The notes below the pieces were generated by a model. The model ran no database searches and was not told the origin of the DNA. It saw nothing but the letters and a program-made list of their open reading frames with translations. The translations under genes and the position numbers were made by a program. A stretch of 64,000 nucleotides of DNA from Verrucomicrobiota bacterium (GTDB lineage Bacteria > Verrucomicrobiota > Verrucomicrobiia > Limisphaerales > Palsa-1400), in contig JBEKVM010000005.1 of assembly GCA_049513975.1 (NCBI GenBank), positions 6,991 to 70,990 on the forward strand. The letters are read 5' to 3'. Of this stretch, positions 1 through 9,522 are shown one piece after another; within the stretch, counting starts at the first letter, position 1; the number at the start of each line of letters is the position of its first letter.

Positions 1-2
1 CA

Positions 3-1490
3 TTCGTCGCAGAGGCTGGTTTCATAAGTGGCGACCACGCTGCCGCCATTCTTGACAAAGGCGCGGAGCCGGCCGCATTGAACGTCGCTCAACGCGGCGA
101 TGTTGGGCAGGATGAGAGTTTTGTATTGACTCAACTGCGCCGCATCCAGCAGGCGGTCATGCGCCATTTCAAACGGAATGCGGGCTTCCACCAGCGCCTG
201 ATACCAGCCGAGCATGTGATCTTCCACGCTGGCGCTGGCGCGGTCGCCGCCGTAGAACCAGGCGGTTTGCTGCGAATAGACCAGCGCCACGCGCGCCAGC
301 GGGGTCTCGTGGCGCAGGTAACGCTCCGCCCCGCGGTGCCAGCGGTAAATGTCCTCCACCACCCGCAGCCAGCGCCCGTCGTGCAGCACCCCGCTGAATT
401 TGCTGAACCAAGGACGCAGGCCGTTGGCGATTCCGTCCAGGACCCAGATGCGAATCTCGGCCTCGCTCTGCACGCTGTCCTTCCAGCGCTCCGGTTCTTC
501 GACGCCGATGCTGAAAAGGCCGATGATGGGTTTGCGGCCCATGGCGGCGCGAAATTCCTTGCCGTTTTTTCCATTGGCCCACGGCGCCATCACGCCGCGC
601 CGGGCCTGGCGGTCGGCCACCAGCATGGGAGACACTTCGCCAATGGCCTTCATGTCCAGCGAACTGAGCGCCCCGCCGCCGGTGTTCGGGATGACGCAGG
701 AATCGGGGTTGATTTTGCGCACCGTGCCGTCCCAAACACGCCAGAGATCAAAAAGCCGCTCTTGCCGCCAGAGGATGTAGGCGCGGCGGGCCGGGTCCCG
801 GGGGTTGCCGGCTTGCGGCAGATCCAAGCCGGAGGATTCCTTGAAATTCTTGCGGCAATGTTCGCAATAACACGGGCCGGAACCGTCCCAGCGATTGATA
901 AAAATGCCGTCCACACCGTAGCGCGACATAATCTCTTGCTTGACAGCGGTCATGAACTCGAAATTGTAAGGACCCAGCGCGCACGTCACCCACATCTCCG
1001 GCGAGGCCCAATGGCGCCGCGGCCGGCCCTGCGCGTCCACGGCGATCCAATCCGGGTGCGCGGCCTGAACGTCGTCATAAGTGGCGTGCGGGTCGGTGCG
1101 CACGATGACCGTCAGGCCAAGTTTGCGGCAGCCGGAAATCAATTCACCCAGCACGTCGCGGTCACCCAGCCAGGCGCTGCGATGGTGAAATGGAATTTGC
1201 GTCGGATAATACGCCACGCAACCGCCGCCGCTGAGACAAACGGCATCGGAGCTGGTGCGCCGGAAATAATCCAGCCAGAACGCGGGGTCGAACTTGCCAG
1301 GGTCGTCCTCCACCAGGGTGAGTTGCGCCCAGCGCATCGGTTTGTCCACCCAGGAGGGAGCGGGCGCGGGCGCCCCCGCCTCTGGCGCGCCAGCCAGCCA
1401 GCGCGGCGCAAGCGGCGCGAGAGCCGCAACGGCGCCGGCCGCAGTGGACGTTTTCAAAAAATGTCGGCGGGTGCAACGAGGTGTCGTCAT
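3..1490 (-). CDS. Tat-exported glycoside hydrolase-like protein (GHL6 / beta-galactosidase trimerisation-domain type); 3' end lies outside the window
   Basis: Manual translation from ATG 1490: MTTPRCTRRHFLKTSTAAGAVAAL (twin-Arg signal), then WVDKPMRWAQLTLVEDDPGKFDPAFWLDYFRRT...GGCVAYYPT. Absent from the ORF track because it runs off the edge. Confidence 0.7.
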   Translation of the reverse strand, partial: MTTPRCTRRHFLKTSTAAGAVAALAPLAPRWLAGAPEAGAPAPAPSWVDKPMRWAQLTLVEDDPGKFDPAFWLDYFRRTSSDAVCLSGGGCVAYYPTQIPFHHRSAWLGDRDVLGELISGCRKLGLTVIVRTDPHATYDDVQAAHPDWIAVDAQGRPRRHWASPEMWVTCALGPYNFEFMTAVKQEIMSRYGVDGIFINRWDGSGPCYCEHCRKNFKESSGLDLPQAGNPRDPARRAYILWRQERLFDLWRVWDGTVRKINPDSCVIPNTGGGALSSLDMKAIGEVSPMLVADRQARRGVMAPWANGKNGKEFRAAMGRKPIIGLFSIGVEEPERWKDSVQSEAEIRIWVLDGIANGLRPWFSKFSGVLHDGRWLRVVEDIYRWHRGAERYLRHETPLARVALVYSQQTAWFYGGDRASASVEDHMLGWYQALVEARIPFEMAHDRLLDAAQLSQYKTLILPNIAALSDVQCGRLRAFVKNGGSVVATYETSLCDE

Positions 1491-1550
1491 GCGGCGGGCG
1501 GGCTGGATTGTTGTGCGCCTTTATGGTCTGCGGCTGGAGCGTTGTCCATG

Positions 1551-2834
1551 TTATTTTCGTGCGGAATCCAACAGCAGCATGAGGTCGGAAACGTTCGCCC
1601 CGGTCGGGCCGGTGATGATCAGATCGCCGGTTCTTTCAAAAAAGGTTTGCGAATCCAGACCGTGCAAATGCGCATCAATATCCAGGCCGAGCCTGGCGGC
1701 TTTTGCGGCGGTTTCGCCGTCGGCGATGGCGCCGGCGGCGTCCCCATTGTCCCGTCCATCCGAGCCGAAGGAAATGAATACCTGATCGTTGCTTATGATC
1801 TTCATGGCCTGCAAAGTCAGGAGCTGATTTCTGCCGCCGCGGCCATGACGGGCCGGGATTTTCACCTCCGGCTCCCCGCCCGCCAGAAAGAGGGCGGCGG
1901 AATTGGCGCGCCGCGCTGTCTCCAAGAATTTCCCCGCGACGCCCGCCACAGAATCATACAGGCTGTCCGAGATGATGACGGCGTTGAGTTGCAGCGCCCG
2001 CGCCCGGGCCATCATGGCTTGCAGCGCCACTTGATTGGAAACGAGCGGAATATTGCAAACCTTTTCAAAGTATCGCGCCTCTTTTTGCGTTTCCACCAAC
2101 TCATAGCCGCTCAAATGGTATTTGCTCAGCACTCGTCTGGCGTCCTCGATGGTCGTTTCATCCCGGTAGGTTGGGCCGGAGGCCACCGCCTGGCCATTGT
2201 TCCCCGGAACGTCCGAGAAGATGAGGCCGGCCACGGTGGCGGGATGAAGCATGGCCGCCAAGCCGCCGCCTTTCAATGCGGAAAGATGCTTGCGGACAGT
2301 GTTCAACTCCACGATGGTTCCTCCCGTCCTCAAAAAATCCTGATAGAGCCGCCGGCCTTGCTCGCATTCCGACTGCGGCCAGCACAAAAGAGCCGAGCCT
2401 CCGCCGGAAACAACCACCAGGACAAGGTCGTTTGCCGTCATCCGTTTTGCCAGTTGCACAATCTTCCCGGAAGCCCGGAAGTTTTCCGCCGAAGGCAAAG
2501 GATGGGTGCCTTGGAACGTCTGCAAGCAGGCGCATGCCGCCGCGCTCGTGCCGAGGACGATGCCTCCGGCAAGCCGCGACTCAAGAATTTTTTCCAGCGC
2601 CATGGCCGCCTGATTAGCCGCTTTGCCAAACCCGATGACGTAAATGTTTTGAAATTGGGCGAGCTTTATCTTCCGGTCTTTGATTCGCAATAAATCGCCC
2701 TCCAGCGACAAGGATGAACTCATGACCTGCGGGGTGTCTATGGCATTGAAGGCCGCGTTGACCACGGAAAGCGCGGCCTCTCTTTTCCCGCTGGTGGCAA
2801 TTTGGGCGAAATTTTTAATCCACTGTTTGGCCAT
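1551..2834 (-). CDS. Glycerate 2-kinase (DUF4147/MOFRL family)
   Basis: IGFGKAA, HPLPS, VSGGGSALL, ELNTVRKHLSALKGGGLA, SDVPG, GRGGRNQ, SDGRD, TGPTGANVSD. Confidence 0.9.
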   Translation of the reverse strand: MAKQWIKNFAQIATSGKREAALSVVNAAFNAIDTPQVMSSSLSLEGDLLRIKDRKIKLAQFQNIYVIGFGKAANQAAMALEKILESRLAGGIVLGTSAAACACLQTFQGTHPLPSAENFRASGKIVQLAKRMTANDLVLVVVSGGGSALLCWPQSECEQGRRLYQDFLRTGGTIVELNTVRKHLSALKGGGLAAMLHPATVAGLIFSDVPGNNGQAVASGPTYRDETTIEDARRVLSKYHLSGYELVETQKEARYFEKVCNIPLVSNQVALQAMMARARALQLNAVIISDSLYDSVAGVAGKFLETARRANSAALFLAGGEPEVKIPARHGRGGRNQLLTLQAMKIISNDQVFISFGSDGRDNGDAAGAIADGETAAKAARLGLDIDAHLHGLDSQTFFERTGDLIITGPTGANVSDLMLLLDSARK

Positions 2835-3060
2835 ACGATATCAGCGTGGCGGGTCGTTGTGGTCCTGAACTCGCGCGAAATAAGAACCGCCGGACGCAAT
2901 GAGGGCGGCCTCCAAGGCGATGATAAGGGCCGGCGCGCCTTCCTCAAACTTTTTCATGGTCTTAACCATAAAGAAATGTTGAACAGGAAGCAACGGAGGG
3001 AACAGAGAAGAAAACTCTGTGTTCTCGGTTTATCAATCGGTTGAAACCCGCGATTCGTTG

Positions 3061-3189
3061 GAAGCACCGGGCGAAGTCATGGTGTGGTCACTAGGCCCGG
3101 ATGGAAAGGCCAACCGCTTGAAGAAAGCCGATGTCGGTGCCAACAAGGACAATATTCTGGTGATTGTCAGTAGCTGGAGGTCGGACTGA
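3061..3189 (+). pseudogene. C-terminal remnant of a GspG-like pseudopilin gene
   Basis: Reads EAPGEVMVWSLGPDGKAN...NKDNILVIVSSWRSD*. Upstream in-frame stop at 2980; no prepilin N-terminus. Confidence 0.5.
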
Positions 3190-3259
3190 CAACGCAAACT
3201 GGAGAGATTTGACTTGGCCTCTTTCTGTATTGAGCCAGCCGCCGGTTAATGTGATGTTC

Positions 3260-3400
3260 TCAAGCAATTGCCGCTGGCATCGGAACGATTTTGGCTTCGT
3301 ATTCTTCCAAGGCGGGGACGATAAACTTTGCATTCTTGGAATACGCCCGCGCAAACGCCTTGGAACTGTGGCCAAGGGCCTGCTGGGCGAATCGCTCCGG
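3260..3400 (-). pseudogene. C-terminal remnant of a tyrosine recombinase/integrase
   Basis: [35 protein letters not shown] has the box II LGH...Y catalytic motif. Confidence 0.7.
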
Positions 3401-3558
3401 CCTAGCGATGTGCCTGCGAACGCACCCACAAGTTGGCCCGGTTTTGGATGGAAGATTCCGCCGGCGGGACGCCGACGGATGCGGTCGGGACAACCGCGCT
3501 CCCCGAAAAAATTGCTAACCCGCAAAATTCACACTCAGATGGAAGCGCCAAAACAGTG

Positions 3559-3628
3559 CGCCGCGTGGGGGCACGCGGCCTGCAAACACCTCCGATGGCT
3601 CCTATAGGCCGCGTGCCCTCACGCGGCG
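3559..3628. repeat. REP-like inverted repeat pair
   Basis: CGCCGCGTGGGGGCACGCGGCCT (3559-3581) and AGGCCGCGTGCCCTCACGCGGCG (3606-3628), 22/23 complementary. Confidence 0.75.
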
Positions 3629-3739
3629 TTTGGAGGTGTGAAATATCCGGGGTAATGATCCGGGACATAATCAAGAGGTGAAAATTTGTTTGTCAGCGAA
3701 AACGCGCTGAGCCGGGTGTGACGCCCCCGTGTGGGAGGC

Positions 3740-5377
3740 TCAGCGCGGAATCATCCAGGGAAAAAGATAAGCCTGCAGCATCACCAGCAGGCCCATGAGC
3801 GCGGCCAGGGCGAGGCTGTGCCAGAAAACCGCGCGCAACACCGTGCCGGCGTCGGGACTGTCCGGACGGCCGCCTGTCGCCACGCTGGCGACGACGATGC
3901 TCTGGGCGTCAATCATTTTTCCCATGACGCCGCCCGCGCTGTTGGAGGCGGTCATGAGAATGGGCGGCAAGCCGAGTTGTTGCGCGGTCACTTGTTGCAG
4001 ATTGCCGAAGAGCACGTTGGAGGAGGTGTCGCTGCCGGTCAGCGCCACGCCCAGCCATCCGATGAAAGGAGAGAAGAACGGAAAAAGAAAGCCCGTCGCG
4101 GCCAGCGCCAGGCCGAGGGTGGTGTCGGCGCCGCTGTAGCGCGTGGTGAAACCCAGCGCGAGCATCAGCGCAATCGTCAGCAGGGAAGCGCGGACACGCC
4201 AGATGGTGCGCGCATAGATATCCAGCAATCGTTTCGGGCTGAGTCGAAGGCAGAAGCCGGCGAGGAGGCCGGCCAGCAACAAGGCGGTGCCTGTCGCCGA
4301 AAGCGCGGTGAAGGCAAAGAGGGCAGGCTCTGGCGTGGGTTGCGCCACCACCGGCGGCACGCGGAGAACCAGGTTATGAAGGCCGGGCATCTGAAAACTC
4401 CTGCTGAAAATGTTGTCCAAAAAGCTCTTAACCGCGGGCAACCCCCAAAGGAACACTAACACGGTGAGGAAAATCCACGGCAGCCATGCCTTCCACGGCG
4501 GGCTATCCTGTCCGGCCGGCGCCCGGTCGGCCGGGGTTTCGCGCGCGCCGCCCGGTTGTTCCCCGGCGGGCCGCCAGAACATCATCAAGATGACGAGGGA
4601 AGCCATGGAGACAATGGCGCTGGCAATGCCCGCGAGCCAGGGCCCGTGAAAATTGCTGACAAGGAATTCGGTGAGGCCGAAGGAAACGCCTGTGACCAGG
4701 CAGGCGGGCCAGACCTCGATCATCCCGCGCCAGCCCGCTTGCGCCGCCACGAGCCAGAATGGAATGAGCATGGCGAACAGGCTTAACTGCCGGCCCACCA
4801 TGGAACTCAGCAGGCCAAGATCAAGATTGGTCACCCTGGCCAGCGTAACCAGCGGGATGCCCAGCGCGCCAAAGGCGACAGGCGCGGTGTTGCCGATGAG
4901 CGCCAACTTCGCCGCCTCCAGCGGCCGGAAGCCCAAGCCGATCATGAGCGCGCCGCTGATGGCCACGGGCGTGCCGAAGCCGGCCGCCCCTTCGATGAAC
5001 GCCCCAAAGCTGAAGGCAATCAACAAAGCCTGGATGCGGCGGTCGCGCGAGACGCCCGACAATTGCCTTTGCAACACGGCAAACTGCCCTGTTCCCACGC
5101 TGAGGTCGTAAATGAAGATGGCATTCAGAATAATCCAGCCAATGGGGAAAATCCCGTAGGCGCCGCCCAAAACGGCCGCCGCCGCCGCGAGCCGCACCGG
5201 CATGTGAAACACCGCCGCGGCGATCACCCCGGCGACCAACAGGCCGGCCAGCGCCGCGAATTGCGCCCGCACATGCCGGAACGCGAGCAAACCGAGCAAG
5301 GTCACGACCGGCAGCGCCGCGATCAGCGCCGATCCGCCCACGCTTCCCAACGGCGCGTAATTTTGGGACCAGATCAT
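3740..5377 (-). CDS. lctP: L-lactate/glycolate permease
   Basis: Polytopic membrane protein with [36 protein letters not shown] and GGVMGKMI motifs. Confidence 0.9.
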   Translation of the reverse strand: MIWSQNYAPLGSVGGSALIAALPVVTLLGLLAFRHVRAQFAALAGLLVAGVIAAAVFHMPVRLAAAAAVLGGAYGIFPIGWIILNAIFIYDLSVGTGQFAVLQRQLSGVSRDRRIQALLIAFSFGAFIEGAAGFGTPVAISGALMIGLGFRPLEAAKLALIGNTAPVAFGALGIPLVTLARVTNLDLGLLSSMVGRQLSLFAMLIPFWLVAAQAGWRGMIEVWPACLVTGVSFGLTEFLVSNFHGPWLAGIASAIVSMASLVILMMFWRPAGEQPGGARETPADRAPAGQDSPPWKAWLPWIFLTVLVFLWGLPAVKSFLDNIFSRSFQMPGLHNLVLRVPPVVAQPTPEPALFAFTALSATGTALLLAGLLAGFCLRLSPKRLLDIYARTIWRVRASLLTIALMLALGFTTRYSGADTTLGLALAATGFLFPFFSPFIGWLGVALTGSDTSSNVLFGNLQQVTAQQLGLPPILMTASNSAGGVMGKMIDAQSIVVASVATGGRPDSPDAGTVLRAVFWHSLALAALMGLLVMLQAYLFPWMIPR

Positions 5378-5681
5378 GGCGGCGGTGAAGTGGAGAAGGA
5401 AATCGCGCCGGGGGAAGAGCGTCCGCCGAAGGCCGGGCTTGAGGCTGGTCGCGCGATATGGGCGGGGCGGTTCACAACGATATTGACCGTGAGGCTTTCA
5501 AGCCGGGTGTGTCACGTCAAGTCACGAATCATGCAAAGGGCGGGAAGGGGCGCATTTGACTTTTTTGGGTAACTCCTGTCGGCGAAGTAAATACTTTACG
5601 ATGTGGGACGTCTCGATTGAGAATTGGTCATTGGGGATTTGTCATTGCTTATTGGAAGACCTTAGGATAGGAAACCAAACC

Positions 5682-6884
5682 ATGACCACCCAATTGCGTT
5701 TCTATTCCAGTCTGCTGCTGCTGTCATTGTTGGCCGGTTGCGTTTCTCCAAAACTACCCGGGGTCGGCGCGGCCATGCAAGCCGCGGTTGATGCCCGTGA
5801 AATCTCCGGGGCCGTCACGGTGGTCGTGACCAAGGATAAAGTCATTCATTTGGAAACGACCGGGCTGGCGGACATCGCCGGCAAAAAGCCCATGGAGCCG
5901 GACACCCTGTTCTGGATCGCCTCGATGACGAAGCCCATCACCGCCGTCTCCGTCCTGATGTTGCAGGATGAGGGCAAACTCAACGTAGCGGATCCCATCG
6001 CGAAATACATCCCCGCGTTCTCCGGCCTGAAAACTCCCTCGGGCCAACCCGCCAATCTCACCATTGCCCAGACGCTCACCCACACGTCGGGCCTGGGGGA
6101 AGGCGATGGCAAAGCCGCGCACAACGCGCATACCCTCGCCGATATGATCCCGCTCTATCTGGCCGCGCCCATGCAATACGAGCCGGGCGCAAAATGGAAG
6201 TACACTCAATCCGGCATCAACGCAGCCGCGCGCGTCGTCGAAGTCGTCAGCGGGATGTCCTTCGATGCCTTCGTCCAGCAGCGCATCCTTGATCCGCTGG
6301 GCATGAAGCACACCACTTTCTATCCCGCGAACAAGCCATCCGCGCATCTGGTTGTTCCTTATAATAAGGACCAAGCCACTGGCGCGCTGACAGTGGCGCC
6401 GCCGCTGGGCGATTTCGGCGTGGCTGGCCACCCGCCGTTTGGCAATGGCGGACTTTACTCCACCGGCCCCGATTATGCCCGGTTCTGCCAGATGCTCCTC
6501 GGCGGGGGCGTGAGGCAGGGCAAACGCTATCTTAGCCCGGCGGCCATGAAGCTGCTCAGCACCGTCCAAACCGGCGACCTGCCCACGGGCTTTTTCCAAT
6601 CCGCGGAATATGGCCAGTATGGTGAAAAGTACGGTTGGGGAATCGGGACCTGCATCCTGCGCGCTCCGCATCCGGGTGTCGCGGCCATGCTGTCCGCCGG
6701 CACCTTCGGCCACGGCGGCGCGTGGGGCACGCAGGCTTGGGTGGATCCCGTGCGCGGAGTGGCTTACGTGCTGATGGTGCAGCGCGCCAATTTTGGCAAC
6801 AGCGACGCCAGCGGGGTGCGCCGCGCGTTTCAACAAGCCACGGCCGATGCGCTCGCGCAGAAACCTTTTTCGCCGAATCCCTGA
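5682..6884 (+). CDS. Serine hydrolase, beta-lactamase class C-like, probable lipoprotein
   Basis: IASMTK (SxxK), LTHTSG, PGAKWKY, FGHGG; lipobox LLAGC; likely start ATG 5682. Confidence 0.85.
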   Translation: MTTQLRFYSSLLLLSLLAGCVSPKLPGVGAAMQAAVDAREISGAVTVVVTKDKVIHLETTGLADIAGKKPMEPDTLFWIASMTKPITAVSVLMLQDEGKLNVADPIAKYIPAFSGLKTPSGQPANLTIAQTLTHTSGLGEGDGKAAHNAHTLADMIPLYLAAPMQYEPGAKWKYTQSGINAAARVVEVVSGMSFDAFVQQRILDPLGMKHTTFYPANKPSAHLVVPYNKDQATGALTVAPPLGDFGVAGHPPFGNGGLYSTGPDYARFCQMLLGGGVRQGKRYLSPAAMKLLSTVQTGDLPTGFFQSAEYGQYGEKYGWGIGTCILRAPHPGVAAMLSAGTFGHGGAWGTQAWVDPVRGVAYVLMVQRANFGNSDASGVRRAFQQATADALAQKPFSPNP

Positions 6885-6965
6885 GCAACGCGCTCGTGAA
6901 AAGATGGCATGTTCCCGCAAGCTTCTTTCACTCTCGAACAAGAATGAACAAATTCCCCAAAGCCT

Positions 6966-7811
6966 ATGCAAACCACACGCCGTCAGTTTATCCAATCCGG
7001 GCTTGTTTGCGCCGCCGGCATGACCGTCAGTCCGAAGATCGCTTTGGCCGCTGAGCAGGCGAAAACCGTGTCCATCGGATTCCAGCTTTACACCGTGCGC
7101 GGCGAATTTGCCCGGAACGTGCCGGACACGATCAAAACGCTCGCGCAAATCGGCTACCGCGGAGTGGAGTTTTGGGATTACAGCGGCACGCCCGAGGTCT
7201 ATCAGCACTATTCCGCCGCCGACTTGCGCAAAATCCTCGATGAAAACGGCCTGAAGTGTTGCGGGATGCATGTGACGCTGGAGGCGCTGTCTGGTGACAA
7301 GCTCAAGCGCACGATCGAAAACAACCAGACCCTCGGCAATATCTACATCAACCTCGTCATGGCTCCGGACCTGATGAAATCCGAGTCCGGCATTGGCGAG
7401 CTGGCCGCGCTGTTGAACCAAGTCTCCACAGAATGCCAGGCGCAAAAAATGGTGGCCGGCTATCATTGTCACGCGTTCGATTTCGCCAAAATCAACGGCC
7501 GCTTCGCCTGGGAAATCCTTTTCAGCCGGCTCAAACCGGAGGTCAATATGCAGCTTGATGTCGGCAACTGCCTGTCCGGTGGCGGCGACCCCATTGCCAT
7601 GTTCAAGGAATTTCCGGGCCGCTCCTGGAGCGTTCACATCAAGGAATACAAGGACAAGACCTTCGACAATGATTTTTACAAGGAAGTGTTCCGCCTTTGC
7701 GAAACGACTTGCGCGACCAAATGGTATATCGTGGAAATGGGCAGCGAAGATGGCACGGGCTTCGATGTGCCCCGCCAGGCGCTCGCCAAACTCCACAGCC
7801 TCGGCAAATAA
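6966..7811 (+). CDS. Tat-exported sugar phosphate isomerase/epimerase (xylose isomerase-like TIM barrel)
   Basis: TRRQFIQ signal; GFQLYTVR, GYRGVEF, QLDVGN, VHIKE, YIVE metal-site motifs. Confidence 0.85.
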   Translation: MQTTRRQFIQSGLVCAAGMTVSPKIALAAEQAKTVSIGFQLYTVRGEFARNVPDTIKTLAQIGYRGVEFWDYSGTPEVYQHYSAADLRKILDENGLKCCGMHVTLEALSGDKLKRTIENNQTLGNIYINLVMAPDLMKSESGIGELAALLNQVSTECQAQKMVAGYHCHAFDFAKINGRFAWEILFSRLKPEVNMQLDVGNCLSGGGDPIAMFKEFPGRSWSVHIKEYKDKTFDNDFYKEVFRLCETTCATKWYIVEMGSEDGTGFDVPRQALAKLHSLGK

Positions 7812-7813
7812 CC

Positions 7814-9424
7814 ATGAAAACCAGCCATGCCACCCAGCCGCCGTTGCCGGCCGGGGCGGCGCAGAGCGCCAGCGCCGCCTCGCACGCGGCCCGCCTTTCG
7901 CGGCGCAAATTTATGCTCGCCAGCGGCGCCGCCGCCGCTTTTGCCATCGTGCCGCGCCACGTTCTGGGCGGGCCGGGATTTGTCGCTCCCAGCGAGAAAA
8001 TTACCCTGGCCTACATCGGATGCGGGACCCAGGGGCTTCGAGAAATGGTTGACATGCTCGCGGTCCCTGAAATCCAAATCGTCGCCGTTTGCGACCCCGT
8101 CAAGGACAGCCAGGAATACCTGGACTGGTCCAGCGACGGCTTGCGCGCTTCCATCGCCAATGCCATGGGCCAACCGGATTGGCGGCGCGGGAGGAGCGGG
8201 GTTCCAGGAGGCCGCGACGTTGCCAAAGAACTCGTCGAAACCTATTACGCCGGCAAACGATCTTCGGAAAAACTCAACGGCTGCAACGCCTACGCCGACT
8301 TCCGCGAATTGCAGGACCGGGAGAAGGACATCAACGCCGTGAAAATCATGACGCCCGATCATCTGCATGCGACGATGGCCATTGCCGCGATGAAGCAAGG
8401 CAGGCATGTGCTGATGCACAAGCCGCTGGCCAATCGGTTGCAGGAAGCGCGATGGGTGGTTGAAACCGCGCGCCAAACGAAAGTGGCCACTCATTTCCTG
8501 GCGGCCAACGACGGCGCCGACATTCAGACGATCAAAAAGTGGATTGACGGGGGCGCCATCGGCACGCTGAGCGCGATCCACAACTGGACCAACCGCCCCG
8601 TCTGGCCGCAATACGCGACCATCCCAACCGAGACTCCTCCGGTCCCGGCGGATTTTGACTGGTCATTGTGGCTCGGGCCGTGTGCGGACCGTCCCTATCA
8701 TCCGCATTACACCCACATGGTGTTTCGCGGCTGGTATGATTTCGGCGGCGGCGCGCTCGCGGATATGGGCCATTACAGCCTTTGGTCCGTCTTCAAGCTC
8801 TTTGATCTTGACTCGCCGATCTCCGTCGAATCGCGTCCCAGCCACGTCTGCGCGCTCAACCGAAACGTGGCCATCACCATCAAAAACGACTATTCCTTTC
8901 CGGACGCGTGCGTCATCCGCTTCAAATTCGCCGCCAAAGGCCCACGGCCGGCCATTGATCTGTTTTGGTACGACGGCTCGATGAAACCGCCCACGCCCGA
9001 AGAATTGGAAAGCGACGGCCAGGAACTGCCTGCCGAAGGCCTGATGTTTGTGGGCGACAAAGGAAAAATCCTGGCCGATTTTCGCGGGGAAGACCCGCAA
9101 ATCATTCCCGCGCGGAAGATGCGCGATTATCTGACGGCCAGGAATCTATCCGCGCCGCCTCCATCGCCTCGCGACCTGGGCCAACGCCAGCGGCGCGCGA
9201 TTGACCGGTGGGTAGCCGCCTGCAAAGGCGGTCCGGCGACTGAGGGGGACTTCCTGCAAGGCGGGCCGATCTCGGACGCCTTCAACCTCGCCGCCGTCTC
9301 GCTGCGTCTGGGCGGCCGGAAACTGGTCTTTGACGCTGCCGCCATGCGCATCATCAACCTGCCCGACGCCAACCGCCACCTCACCCGCGAATATCGCAAA
9401 GGCTGGGAACTGCAAAGTTCATGA
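7814..9424 (+). CDS. Tat-exported Gfo/Idh/MocA oxidoreductase
   Basis: SRRKFML signal; IGCGTQG; TPDHLH; HKPLA; DFGGGALADMGHY; start 2 bp after the upstream stop. Confidence 0.9.
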   Translation: MKTSHATQPPLPAGAAQSASAASHAARLSRRKFMLASGAAAAFAIVPRHVLGGPGFVAPSEKITLAYIGCGTQGLREMVDMLAVPEIQIVAVCDPVKDSQEYLDWSSDGLRASIANAMGQPDWRRGRSGVPGGRDVAKELVETYYAGKRSSEKLNGCNAYADFRELQDREKDINAVKIMTPDHLHATMAIAAMKQGRHVLMHKPLANRLQEARWVVETARQTKVATHFLAANDGADIQTIKKWIDGGAIGTLSAIHNWTNRPVWPQYATIPTETPPVPADFDWSLWLGPCADRPYHPHYTHMVFRGWYDFGGGALADMGHYSLWSVFKLFDLDSPISVESRPSHVCALNRNVAITIKNDYSFPDACVIRFKFAAKGPRPAIDLFWYDGSMKPPTPEELESDGQELPAEGLMFVGDKGKILADFRGEDPQIIPARKMRDYLTARNLSAPPPSPRDLGQRQRRAIDRWVAACKGGPATEGDFLQGGPISDAFNLAAVSLRLGGRKLVFDAAAMRIINLPDANRHLTREYRKGWELQSS

Positions 9425-9522
9425 CCACCCGTTCCAATTCGCGGCGAGCCGTCGCCGGGAATATGGGTCAACACCAGCCAGCGGGATGCAGGCGGTGTTC
9501 CAGCACGACCAATGGATTTTTT

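Noticed and set aside
78-2693. 871-aa plus-strand ORF
   Set aside because: Antisense shadow of the GHL6-like and glycerate kinase genes; no motifs. Long shadow ORFs are expected at high GC3.
2841-2957. 38-aa minus-strand ORF (MKKFEEGAPALIIALE...) just upstream of glycerate kinase
   Set aside because: Plausible but has no recognisable motif or clear RBS; cannot be supported.
5556-5681. N-terminal extensions given by the ORF track (serine hydrolase; also dtd, MFP, M61, oxidoreductase)
   Set aside because: The extensions cross repeats or neighbouring genes; downstream starts fit signal peptides and family N-termini better.
5754-7796. 680-aa minus-strand ORF, and similar ones at 13690-15861, 38833-40542, 48759-50552 and 61515-63752
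   Set aside because: Each overlaps well-supported genes on the opposite strand; shadow frames.
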